A DNA stretch of 64,000 bases, taken from contig NW_024704744.1 in assembly GCF_018977255.1 (NCBI RefSeq), forward strand, positions 88,660,001-88,724,000, written 5' to 3'. The notes under the pieces are model-generated. The model was not told where the DNA came from. It saw only the letters and a program-made list of their open reading frames with translations, and did not search any database. Position numbers and translations under genes: made by a program. Positions 13,109-22,360 of this stretch are shown here, piece after piece (within the stretch, counting starts at the first letter, position 1; each line of letters starts with the position of its first letter). This DNA comes from Callorhinchus milii (taxonomy: Eukaryota).

Positions 13109-13628
13109 CCTTGCATTCGATATAGCGCTTTTCTCGTCAGGAGGATAATAATAATAATAATCCTTGCATTTGATATAGCGCTTTTCACGTCGGGAGGACG
13201 TCCCAAAGCGTAAAGTGAATTGACTGTATATTTGTGGGCGAATGCGGCAGCCAATTGCGCACAGTCGTAGATTAAAAATGACCAATTTAATTATTGTTTT
13301 TGTTTTTTGGAGGGATTATTATTAGGCGTGTGGAGTAAGGAAACTTGCCCAAGGTTTCGCCCTGCCTGGAATTGAACTCAGGTCTCTCACTTGCAAAGCG
13401 AGTGCTCTAACCACTGAGCTACAGGACTCCACAAATAGATGTTAAAGATCCCACGGCACTATTTGAAAGTGAGGAGGAGGTTTCCAAATCACTGTCCTTG
13501 CAAATCAGTCCCCCAAATAAAATCAGTCATTCACTTTGGGCTATTTGTGTGACAGTGCTGTGTACAATTTGTCTGTGAAATTTGTGGATGCATCAATGAT
13601 GTGATAAGACATCAAATGCAAGGCTTAT
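12985..13628 (+). mobile_element. Old Deu-type SINE interrupted by a young SINE
   Basis: gttaaactgaggtcccgtctgtctgttcag [insert 13071-13433] atagatgttaaagatcccacggcactatttgaa is colinear across the insert. Confidence 0.75.
13071..13433 (-). mobile_element. Young tRNA-Ala-derived SINE with duplicated tail
   Basis: Reverse complement GGAGTCCTGTAGCTCAGTGGTTAGAGCACTCGCTTTGCAAG...GAGTTCAATTCC; two (TTA)n tails. Confidence 0.92.
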
Positions 13629-13713
13629 TAGATATTTTGGTGCTGGGCCAAAATTATATTGTATGTAAAAATCTGAGTGTCAGATCAGTAATTATCATCT
13701 CCTTGTATTGTAG

Positions 13714-13797
13714 CTTTTCTGTTCCGGGTTGTTTGCACAACAGATATGGGAAGTACCAGCACCTCCATTACTTCATACAACACAACCACAGGTGTTG
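13714..13797 (+). CDS. USH2A: Usherin exon (about human exon 69)
   Basis: gtattgtag|CTTTT...GTTG|gtgagt; 84 nt, phase 1-1; FLFRVVCTTDMGSTSTSITSYNTTTGV. Confidence 0.93.
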
Positions 13798-14140
13798 GTG
13801 AGTATATTCTACATTGCCATTGCCTTTATTTTTGAATAGCCCAGAAATTAGTGATACTTTTATGTGTATCAGTGGATGTGCAGATTAAGAAAAGAGTTGA
13901 TTCCAGTCATTTGAAGACACGTAAATCAATTCAGGAAAACTGAATAAGATTACAAGAAAAAGGACCTAATCCATACACTGCAACTTCTTGAGTATAAGCC
14001 TCACTTGTGTATTTTACTCTTATCCCTCACTAAATTCTTTCTTTACAACCTACATCCCCTGATTTTAGAGCATTTAAAACAATAGTAAATACCGTGGCCC
14101 CTTTACTCCTAACCTGTGACCCTTGAGAGACTTATGGTTT

Positions 14141-14367
14141 TACATAGAATTACATTACATAGAATACATAGAATATGCAGCACAGAAACAGACCATTTGG
14201 ACCAACTGGTCTTTGCCAACATTTATGCTCCACATAAGCCTCCTCCTGCCCTTCCTCAAGTAAGCCTATCAGCATAATATTCTATTCCTTTCTCCCTCAT
14301 ATACTTATCTAGCTTCCCCTTAAATGCACCTATGCTATTCGCCTCAACTACTCCTTGTGGTAGCAAG
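14141..14367 (-). mobile_element. CR1 3-prime fragment (second family)
   Basis: catagaat-type tail and cagcacagaaacagaccatttgg; homologous to 50514-50998. Confidence 0.8.
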
Positions 14368-14637
14368 TCACTAAAGTTTGTGTGACTCTGGACATCCTTT
14401 CATAGGTTTATTGAATGTGAACTCCTTTTCTATGTTTTGCATAGAAGCCAAGGGAATGTTAACAGGAAACAGAGCTATCAGAGCGTTGAGCAAGTTCTAT
14501 TAAAATAGTCTTGGGGGGCGCAGAAATCCAGGGAAGGATGCGTCTTTGCAATATCCCACAAATGGCACGCCTGAAATAAAAAGCTTGCTGCGTGAGGAAT
14601 GACATTGCAGATGAGTGTCCATCAGATGAGTGTCCAT

Positions 14638-14953
14638 TGTGGAGTCTTGTAGCTCAGTGGTTAGAGCACTCGCTTTGCAAGCGAGAGACCTGAGTTCAAT
14701 TCCAGGCAGGGCGAAACCTTCGGCAAGTTTCCTTACTTCACACGTCTAATAATAATCCCTCCAACACCAAAAACAATAATAAATTGGTCATTTTCAATCT
14801 ACAACTCTTTGTGGGACATTGCTGTGTGCAATTGGCTGCCGCGTTCGCCCACAAATATACAGTCAATTCACTTTACAGTGTGTTCTGTGAAGCGCTTTGG
14901 GATGTCCTCCCGACGTGAAAAGTGCTATATCAAATGCAAGGATTATTTATTAT
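14638..14953 (+). mobile_element. Full-length tRNA-Ala-derived SINE
   Basis: A box TAGCTCAGTGG, anticodon arm CTCGC-TTTGCAA-GCGAG, B box GAGTTCAATTCC, L2-like tail ending in (TTA)n. Confidence 0.93.
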
Positions 14954-16353
14954 CACTCGGTTTGTTACAGTTTTCCTAGGAGCAGCCCTCGAGCAAGGAT
15001 TCTGGTTACACTGACCTCTAGCATGCATGAAGGTGTGACTTATGCACTAGAGTTTACAATATATGTCATCTCTAATCACTAAAGTTTCACGTGTCTCTGA
15101 TCTCACTTAGCCAGTCCATGTAGCAAGCTGAAGGAGGATTCGGACCTCCATTTCCTTATAACGGATTGTTTGGCCACAAGAGGTAAGATCAAACAACACC
15201 CACTGTGAGATCTACAAAAAATAAGATATTGAGGCAGGTCTCAACATTAAGAACAAATGGGCTGAACATGCCACTTTCAATGATTACTTGTGATAATTAT
15301 CATCTAAGGAATATTTTACTGATGCCAACGTCCCAGGCAATTACACAGAATTACATAGACTCCACAGCACCAACTAGTCTGTGTTGGTGTTTATACTGCA
15401 CATGAGCCTTCCCCCATTCTAACCCCCCACCTCCCTAGCCTTCTTCCCCAATTCCCCTCTTTCCTTTCTCCCACATGAATGCACCGAGTTTCAATAGCTG
15501 ATGAAAAGCAATTTCCCACAGACTTTGTGCAAGTAGTGGAGCCTCAAAGTGCCAGCAGCAGGCATGTAGGCAGCCTTCAGCAGCTTTCAGCCAGTTTGTG
15601 GAATACTGACTAGTTTCAGTGAATGTCATGCTTTTTACCAAGTATTGTCATGAAAGAGAAACAGCATAAATGCCTTCCATAAACGAGCAACCATAATAGG
15701 ATGGGATAGCTCCACATGTCATAGAGGAACCCCATTCTGCATGACATCTGCAACCACACAGCCTTTTACAGTGGAACCACTTTGGTGTGAAAGAAACTTT
15801 GTGAATAATTCTGAACATAGTAAGGCACGCTAAGTACACACAGACTGCCTGGTGCAAATTCCCAATCAATGCAATAGACATCTCAAATGTCATCTCAACT
15901 ATTTCAATAAAAGAACTACAAGGAAATCTCGGATATAGTATGACCGACGGCCACAAGTTCAATATCTCAGGGATTGCATTATAAATAAGATACAAAAAAT
16001 GGCTGACCTCTGGATCATCACTGACATCACTTTCTGTGTGGTGCGTACCTCCATACTATGTGTAGAAACCACGGGTTATGTCACTTCCAGTTTTTGGTAG
16101 GAAGTGATATCATCAGTGCCCCAATGACCCAGCAGTCAGACACTAGTCAACACTATACTTCCAATTAGTCCACAATTACTTGTAATGTAAGAGTTGCAGA
16201 GCTATACCAAAATGCGTTGGATTGAGGTTCCTCTTTACACTAAAGCATGACTAATACAAGCATGTTTCTCTGCAACCCTTTCTCCCCACCAAAAAAAATA
16301 AAGAATAATTTTTAGCATTTTAAAGAAAATTTATGTGAATTCTTGTTTTGAAG

Positions 16354-16583
16354 ATCCTTTTCTACCTACTGCTGATGGAAAAACAGGGGTACATCCAGCA
16401 AGGACTCCATTCTACAGTGAACTTTGGTTCATTATCCTAATGGCAATTCTTGGGTTGCTGTTTGTGGCTATCATCTTGGCTCTGCTTCTCCAAAGAGCAG
16501 TCAATAAGCAACCATATAAACGTGAAAGGCCACCTTTAGTCCCATTGCAGAAGAGAACAAACGTGCCCAATGAATCCTTTATG
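16354..16583 (+). CDS. USH2A: Usherin transmembrane exon (about human exon 70)
   Basis: ttttgaag|ATCCT...TTTATG|gtaagt; 230 nt, phase 1-0; FYSELWFIILMAILGLLFVAIILALLLQR (TM) then PYKRERPPLVPLQKR. Confidence 0.96.
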
Positions 16584-16613
16584 GTAAGTTGTTTGGGAAT
16601 CTTCTGTTAATAT

Positions 16614-17198
16614 CAACAACAACAAAATTACATTTGTATAGCACCTTTCACGTTGGGAGGATATCCCAAGGCGCAGGACAGTTAAGAGTTTCTGACCCGA
16701 GCTGGGGGTCGGGATTGGGGAGGGTGGAGGGCAGGGGGAGAAGCAGGGTGATCAAAAGCACGGTCAAAGAGGAGAGTCTTGAGATTGGTCTTGAAGGGAG
16801 GGGGTGAGGCAGAGGGAGTGTGGGAAAAATTCCAAAGCGTGGGGGCAGAGTGGCAGAAGGCCCGCCTGCCAATGGAGGGGTGAGCGAGGTGGGGGACGTG
16901 AAGCAGGCCGAAACCTGCTGAGTGAAGGGAGCAGGCAGGATGGTAGGGGGTTAGGATGTTGCAGAGGTAGGAGAGAGCAATACCAGGAGGGCTTTGAAGG
17001 TGAGGACCAGGATCTTGAACTGTATCCTTTGTGTGATGGGAAGCCAGTGGAGTTGGGTGAGGATGGGGGTGATAGGGTCACGGAGAGTACATGGGCTGCA
17101 GAGTTCTGGATGATCTGCAGCCTATGGAGGGAGAAATTGGGAAGGCCAACAAGCAAGGAGTTTGAAAGTCAAGCCTCGATGAAATGAATGCATGTATA
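16614..17198 (-). mobile_element. 5-prime-truncated L2 LINE
   Basis: LVGLPNFSLHRLQIIQNSAAHVL; (TTG)n tail; possible TSD ATATCA at 16610-16615 and 17196-17201. Confidence 0.9.
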
Positions 17199-19454
17199 TC
17201 AGGAAGAAAACTATTCTGCATTAGACGAGCACTATCTTATGCGGTTTGGGGCATCCTCCTGAGGTGAAAGGCACTATATAAGTATAAATGCTATTGCAAT
17301 TATATTGTAAATTTGTTTTAGTTGTTTTACTTTGACTCCTCAAGCCCTCACCTGGCCCTTCGTGTATCACAAAAGTGCCATATAGCAGATGCAACACATG
17401 AGGCCGTTGACACAAACATTGACTCCCCTTGTCTTTCATTGTAGTCCATCTGTCAAACTTAAATTATCACCTCCCCCTCTCACTTTCCCCTTGCTCAGCG
17501 TCCAACCCCGGCACCGTGCCATCCTGCTTGAACGGTGCTATATAAATGCAAGCTGTTATTAAATTATTTTGCCCTCTTTGCATTTATCCTGGATGGTGCA
17601 GACCTGACAGAGTTTGTATTTTACGTCTGCAATTTTAGATATTGGCACATTTTACTGTTCAGAATCCATAGGATGCCACATTCTTAAACACGCAATGGCA
17701 GCTTCTTGCATTTTCTTGCAGAGTTAGATTTTTTTCCACATTGTTTTGTAAATACATTGATGAGAAGTACTGAATCCTCCAGCAGATTGTAAAGATAAAC
17801 TCAATCCATACAGGTCACTTAAATTCAACTTGGGGAAGACTCTGACCATTAAAGTCAGCGTTTAAATCTTGGCAAAATGGAATTCTTAACAAAGCTGTCG
17901 CTATGTACTGAACGTTTGAACCCTATCAAACAATCTGACTCTAATCGATCTTAATCTGAAATCACTTTATTCCTTATTATTTACCTCAACTCGCTTTATT
18001 CCTGTTTATGCTTAAAATTTCAACTGAACTTTCTTTTCTCTTTCTTTCTTGACATTATTAACTGTTCTGTGTTTCCTGGCCAAGAAAACCTCTAAAGATG
18101 ATAATGCCTCTAGTCAATATTCCAATATAGCCACGTTGCAAGTCCCTCTTGTACCTACCCCACTTGTGGAAGAAACACCCCAGGACAAGGTAAGTAGCTT
18201 ACTGAGTTCTAAATTGGTACAAGCGGTGAGTGATGTCTGTTTTAAGTCAGCTCAATATGATCTTTTTGGTGAAGTCTAGGGTGTTTGTTAATCCACCACA
18301 TTAACAAAAAATAGCATTTGCATCCTTTTAAAGGCTTCTTCAACCAGTCCTGCTTCCGACTGCATAAAATAATATGTTGTTGTTCCATGACCACAGTACT
18401 CTCACCTCAATGCCGTAGGAACATGTTTCATTAAGCTTCCTCTCTCCAAAAAACATGGAATATTTTCTCTAGCTCTCCTTCATCTTCTAAGGAAATGTTC
18501 TGCATAGATAGTTCCTGTTGTCTGTATTTCCTTTCACAGGCCAATATCCCCATCACCAGCCCCAACAAAACCATTATTTTCTTTACACCGTTTTCTCATC
18601 TCAACCTGTATCCGTCTCTATTAACTAACAATGGTTCCATTGGTGCTTGTATGTTTCAGGAGTACTTCAACACAACAACAAATTATATTTGTATAGCACA
18701 TTTCACATCAGGAGGATGTCCCAATGCACTGGATAGTCAGGGATCTGCAGCTCTTACTGCTCTTGTGGGGGAGTCTGTACTCACTGAGGGGAAATCTATT
18801 CTCAGTCACGTTTTAGCTTGTTAACTAAGATTGGAATCATTTGTTCCAGTCTCACAGTTTAAATCAAATAGCCTGCTTATATTTATATTGTGTATCTTGG
18901 GAATGAACCAGGTTATGATTGTGGTGCTTGGATCCTACCACTTGTGCTTTATTATTGACACAATGTACCACAGAAATCCCAATACCATGCTCAGATGCCA
19001 GACCATTACACTTTTGCAGATCAATAGTCTGAGAAAGTCTGGCATATTAACAATGCAAACTCACGTTGCAAAGCTTGGTAAATCTGCCAACCCGTAGAGA
19101 ATTGTTACCTGAGTTTACACAGAAATTTCTACTGACAAATTGGAATTTTTTTTTGTAGGTCATATCATCGTTTATTTTGCATCATGCTTATTTTTGACCT
19201 TTCAAGTTAGAAGGTTTTTTCAGTTTTCTTGCCCTGAAAGTCTAGAAGTGCAGATTCACTGGAATGGTAACCCTCTGGCAACCCTCTTCAGGTGAGAGCC
19301 TAAATGTTTACAGTCAGCAGGCTATTCAACCATACAAAGCAATATTAACATAGCCAAGCTTGAAACTATTCCCACCTCACACCAATTAACATGGGCTTGC
19401 CAGGTAGAGGGATCTCTGGCTGGTTATTTTCCATCACTCCCATCCTTTATGTCT

Positions 19455-19690
19455 CGGTGTCCCTCTGCCTTTCCTCCTCCCCCCCCCCCCGCCCCCACCC
19501 CACACCTTTAAACCCACCTTAAGACTTATCTTTTCGACCATGTTTTCGCCCACCTACGCTCCCCCTCCCCCCATTTTCACTCAACTCCCCCTGGCCCAGC
19601 TTGGACACCCAGTCGGCTATGTGAAGCGCTCTGAGATGTCATCCCAACATGAAAGACTGTACATAAATGTAAATTGATGGTGGTGATGAT
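19455..19690 (+). mobile_element. L2 3-prime fragment
   Basis: tttaaacccaccttaagacttatcttttcgaccatg (FK.HLKTYLFDH) then gtgaagcgctctgagatgtc...taaatgtaa tail. Confidence 0.75.
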
Positions 19691-19895
19691 TTGAATCAAG
19701 GAACATAACCACGAAAAAATCAAAATTGTTATTCTTCATTCGATGAATATAAATGTCAATAATTTGAAATATTCTAACTATGGAAAGATCAAGTTCCACA
19801 TTTACTGTCTAAACCAGACCTCATCACCGCTAGTATACTCCACCTTGTACAATGTGACTGGAGCGTAGCTGTTAACATTATCTTTCTCTTCTTAG

Positions 19896-19967
19896 TTTGA
19901 CTCTGTTGCAGAGCCCTCAGATTCTTCAGGTTCTGTCACACTTAAGAGCTATACAATGTGCTTTGAG
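19896..19967 (+). CDS. USH2A: Usherin 72-nt alternative cytoplasmic exon (homologue of the inner-ear-enriched 24-aa exon)
   Basis: tctttctcttcttag|TTTGAC...TTTGAG|gtatgc; phase 0-0; FDSVAEPSDSSGSVTLKSYTMCFE, similar to the mammalian alternative peptide as I recall it (FDSVAD...VTLKSYTMHFE). Confidence 0.88.
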
Positions 19968-20040
19968 GTATGCCAGAGGGCGTGTAGCCTCACATGATGC
20001 TGTGAATAACTCAAGCAAGACTTGGGCCTTGCTGAACTGA

Positions 20041-20066
20041 ACTAATTGCATGGTTTGTGCTGCATG
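20041..20066 (+). promoter_or_regulatory. Intronic splicing element cluster (QKI-type ACTAAT plus two Rbfox TGCATG)
   Basis: ACTAAT 20041-20046, TGCATG 20047-20052 and 20061-20066, 74-99 nt downstream of the 72-nt alternative exon. Confidence 0.6.
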
Positions 20067-20299
20067 GAGTGTGTGAATTTACAATCTCCTCAATGTTAGC
20101 GAGGCATTTTCTTCAATGAAAGCTGTTTGACAACGTTTTATGAAAACATGCAGATGTACGGGTAGAAATTCCACTAAATTTGGGACTAAATTTACCCTAT
20201 TAACATTTCAGAGCATCCAGAATTCATCGAATTCTTAAATATAGCCTTTTTGTTTTGAAGTTAGTTTTCTGTACTTTTCTCTGAAGTGCAATGACTTGC

Positions 20300-20585
20300 A
20301 TAATAGGCAAACGTGGCAGCCAATTTGCAAACAGCAATGCCCAATGAACATCCATGACGTAAAAAAAATGACTGAATTTATCTGGTTGGCCAGCTCACCA
20401 GGGCTCTCTCTTCAAATAGTGAAACGGGATCTTTAACTCTACCAGTCAAATGGGAACTCTGTTTAAGTTCTTATCCTCAGCACTGTATTGGAGTGTCAGC
20501 CTGAACTATAAGCATAAAGCACCTGACGTGGAACTTGAACCTATAGCCTCTGATTCAGAGTTAATAGTGCTACCGACTAAGCCAG
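20300..20585 (-). mobile_element. Old Deu-type SINE, degraded
   Basis: gtggcagccaatttgc, ttcaaatagtg...gggatcttt, ggaacttgaacc. Confidence 0.65.
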
Positions 20586-21595
20586 GCTTACATCTGACAG
20601 ATTTACAAATTTACAAGACACGCAAATCTCCTCCTTCCCCCCACTGTGCGTGAAATAAATTTGTAGTATGATGGCATTGAATAAAATACTACGTCAATTG
20701 TCAGCGTGGTGGATTGGGCTTGTGATCCATTGCTGTTCGCATTCGGCATCATCAGCGGGGATCTCAACTCATATTGCCAAACAGTAGGAAACATATTACT
20801 CTGTGGACAGATTTCATATTCTTCATGATAGTGCAGGATATTCTTTACCTTCCCTTTAATGCCTTTGCCTCAGTATTATGCCAAATAAATGTTATTTTAA
20901 AAAGGATTTTTTCTTGTACAGCTGTATCCATGCTCTCCCTGCTGCCTGTTGAGGAATGGCACCAAATACAGTAAATCTTGATATTTCGACCCTGCCTTAA
21001 CTTGTCACTAACACTCAAGTCATCATTCTGTCAGTATCCTGGCCGCATTTATTTATGTACAGTATTTATACATTTACCTAACTCACCATTCTGAATAACT
21101 CGTCACTGAGTCCTTTTCCCTTGCATCAATGTTTACTGTAAAGTGCAATGCAATCCTGTTTTTTGTGCGTGGCATATTACATTCTGTGCATAGTAAATAC
21201 ACTGGAACTACTGTAAGCAAAAGGAACACTCACTGGTCTCTGATCCTTGGTATGAGAGGCAAAAACGGCAGAAATTGGTCTGACATATTAGTCTGACTGG
21301 TGGTGGCTGTTCCTCCCTTTACTGCACAGGAATACTGAGGCAGTGGTTAGAAGTCTAATTAAAATCCCATTATAAATACCCATCATCAATGTCATTGCAC
21401 AAAGCAGCAAAAGGAATTTAACTCATTCCTCTCCCAGTCTCATTGACACACTCTTTGCTGTAGTAAACAGAGCCTTATTTTAGATCAACTTGTTCGATTG
21501 CTTTCTGAGTGCTCTAATATGCCACCCTGCGTGCTGTATAAGTGCAAGCTGTTGTTGTCACTTTCATCTTTGCTCATGATTCCTTTGACTTGCAG

Positions 21596-21811
21596 GGGCT
21601 CACTGACACAAAAATCCCAGAACCTGGATCTCAGCTCAGCAATCGGACCATGTCAGTGCTACGTGTGCCAAGCCAGAACCAGCTGAGCCAGGTCTATTCC
21701 AAGACCTCACTGCACCGAAGCGTCAGTCAGCTTATCAATACTCACGACAAAAAGTCCTTGCTTGAAGACTCAATGTGGGATTCTCTTTTGCAGGGTCGCG
21801 ACAGCGGAATG
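21596..21811 (+). CDS. USH2A: Usherin penultimate exon, cytoplasmic tail
   Basis: gacttgcag|GGGCTC...GGAATG|gtaatt; 216 nt, phase 0-0; GLTDTKIP...VLRVPSQNQ...SLHRSVSQL...DKK...DSGM. Confidence 0.95.
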
Positions 21812-21846
21812 GTAATTAAATCATTAATACGTAAAAGTCACTTAAT

Positions 21847-21993
21847 GTTTGTGGGACACTGCTGTGTGCAATTGGCTGCCGTGTTTTGCCCATAAAGTAT
21901 ACAGTCAATTAACTTTACAATGTATTCTGTGAAGCGCTTTGAGACGTCTCAAAGAAGTGATAAAGTGCTATATCAAATGCAAGGATTATTATT
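21847..21993 (+). mobile_element. SINE 3-prime half
   Basis: gtttgtgggacactgctgtgtgcaattggctgcc...tatcaaatgcaaggattattatt. Confidence 0.85.
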
Positions 21994-22270
21994 ACAATGT
22001 GCAGGACTCATGGAAGAAATGCACAGAATTTTGGAAGCAATGATCAGAGTGATCCCATTTTCAGATTCGGTGCAAATTGTACAAGTTCGAAAGTGAAGCC
22101 ATGATTATTCATTCAATCAAATCTTAATTAACAAAGATTTCATGACATGATTGAATCTTATTGTGCATTACGTTTGATTAAATGACCCTCAGGTCTAAAT
22201 CTCTTTCAAGCATTTGAAGATGCTGTAAACGGTGGATGCTTATCTAATTCCCTTTTCATTTGTGTTTCAG

Positions 22271-22360
22271 TACCCAGATGATGAAGAACTTTTGGAGTCA
22301 ATCAAAGGTTTCAGTACAGTTACAAAAGAGCACACTATATTCACTGACACTCAGCTGTAG
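22271..22360 (+). CDS. USH2A: Usherin last coding exon with class I PDZ-binding motif and stop
   Basis: gtttcag|TACCCA...CAGCTGTAG; 90 nt; YPDDEELLESIKGFSTVTKEHTIFTDTQL*. Confidence 0.96.
   Translation, partial: YPDDEELLESIKGFSTVTKEHTIFTDTQL

Noticed and set aside
13042-13285. ORFs with poly-L, poly-I and poly-Y runs
   Set aside because: Translation of SINE (TTA)n tails
14638-14715. tRNA-Ala(TGC)-like sequence (also at 13360-13433, 52310, 56263)
   Set aside because: No proper acceptor stem, and it runs straight into a SINE body and tail; these are SINE heads, not tRNA genes
16005-16135. Loose inverted repeat (cactgacatcactt / aagtgatatcatcagtg)
   Set aside because: Needs several gaps and has no second copy in the window
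19020-19077. ttttgcag acceptor with TG|gtaaat donor in the USH2A tail intron
   Set aside because: 58 nt, out of frame, weak donor
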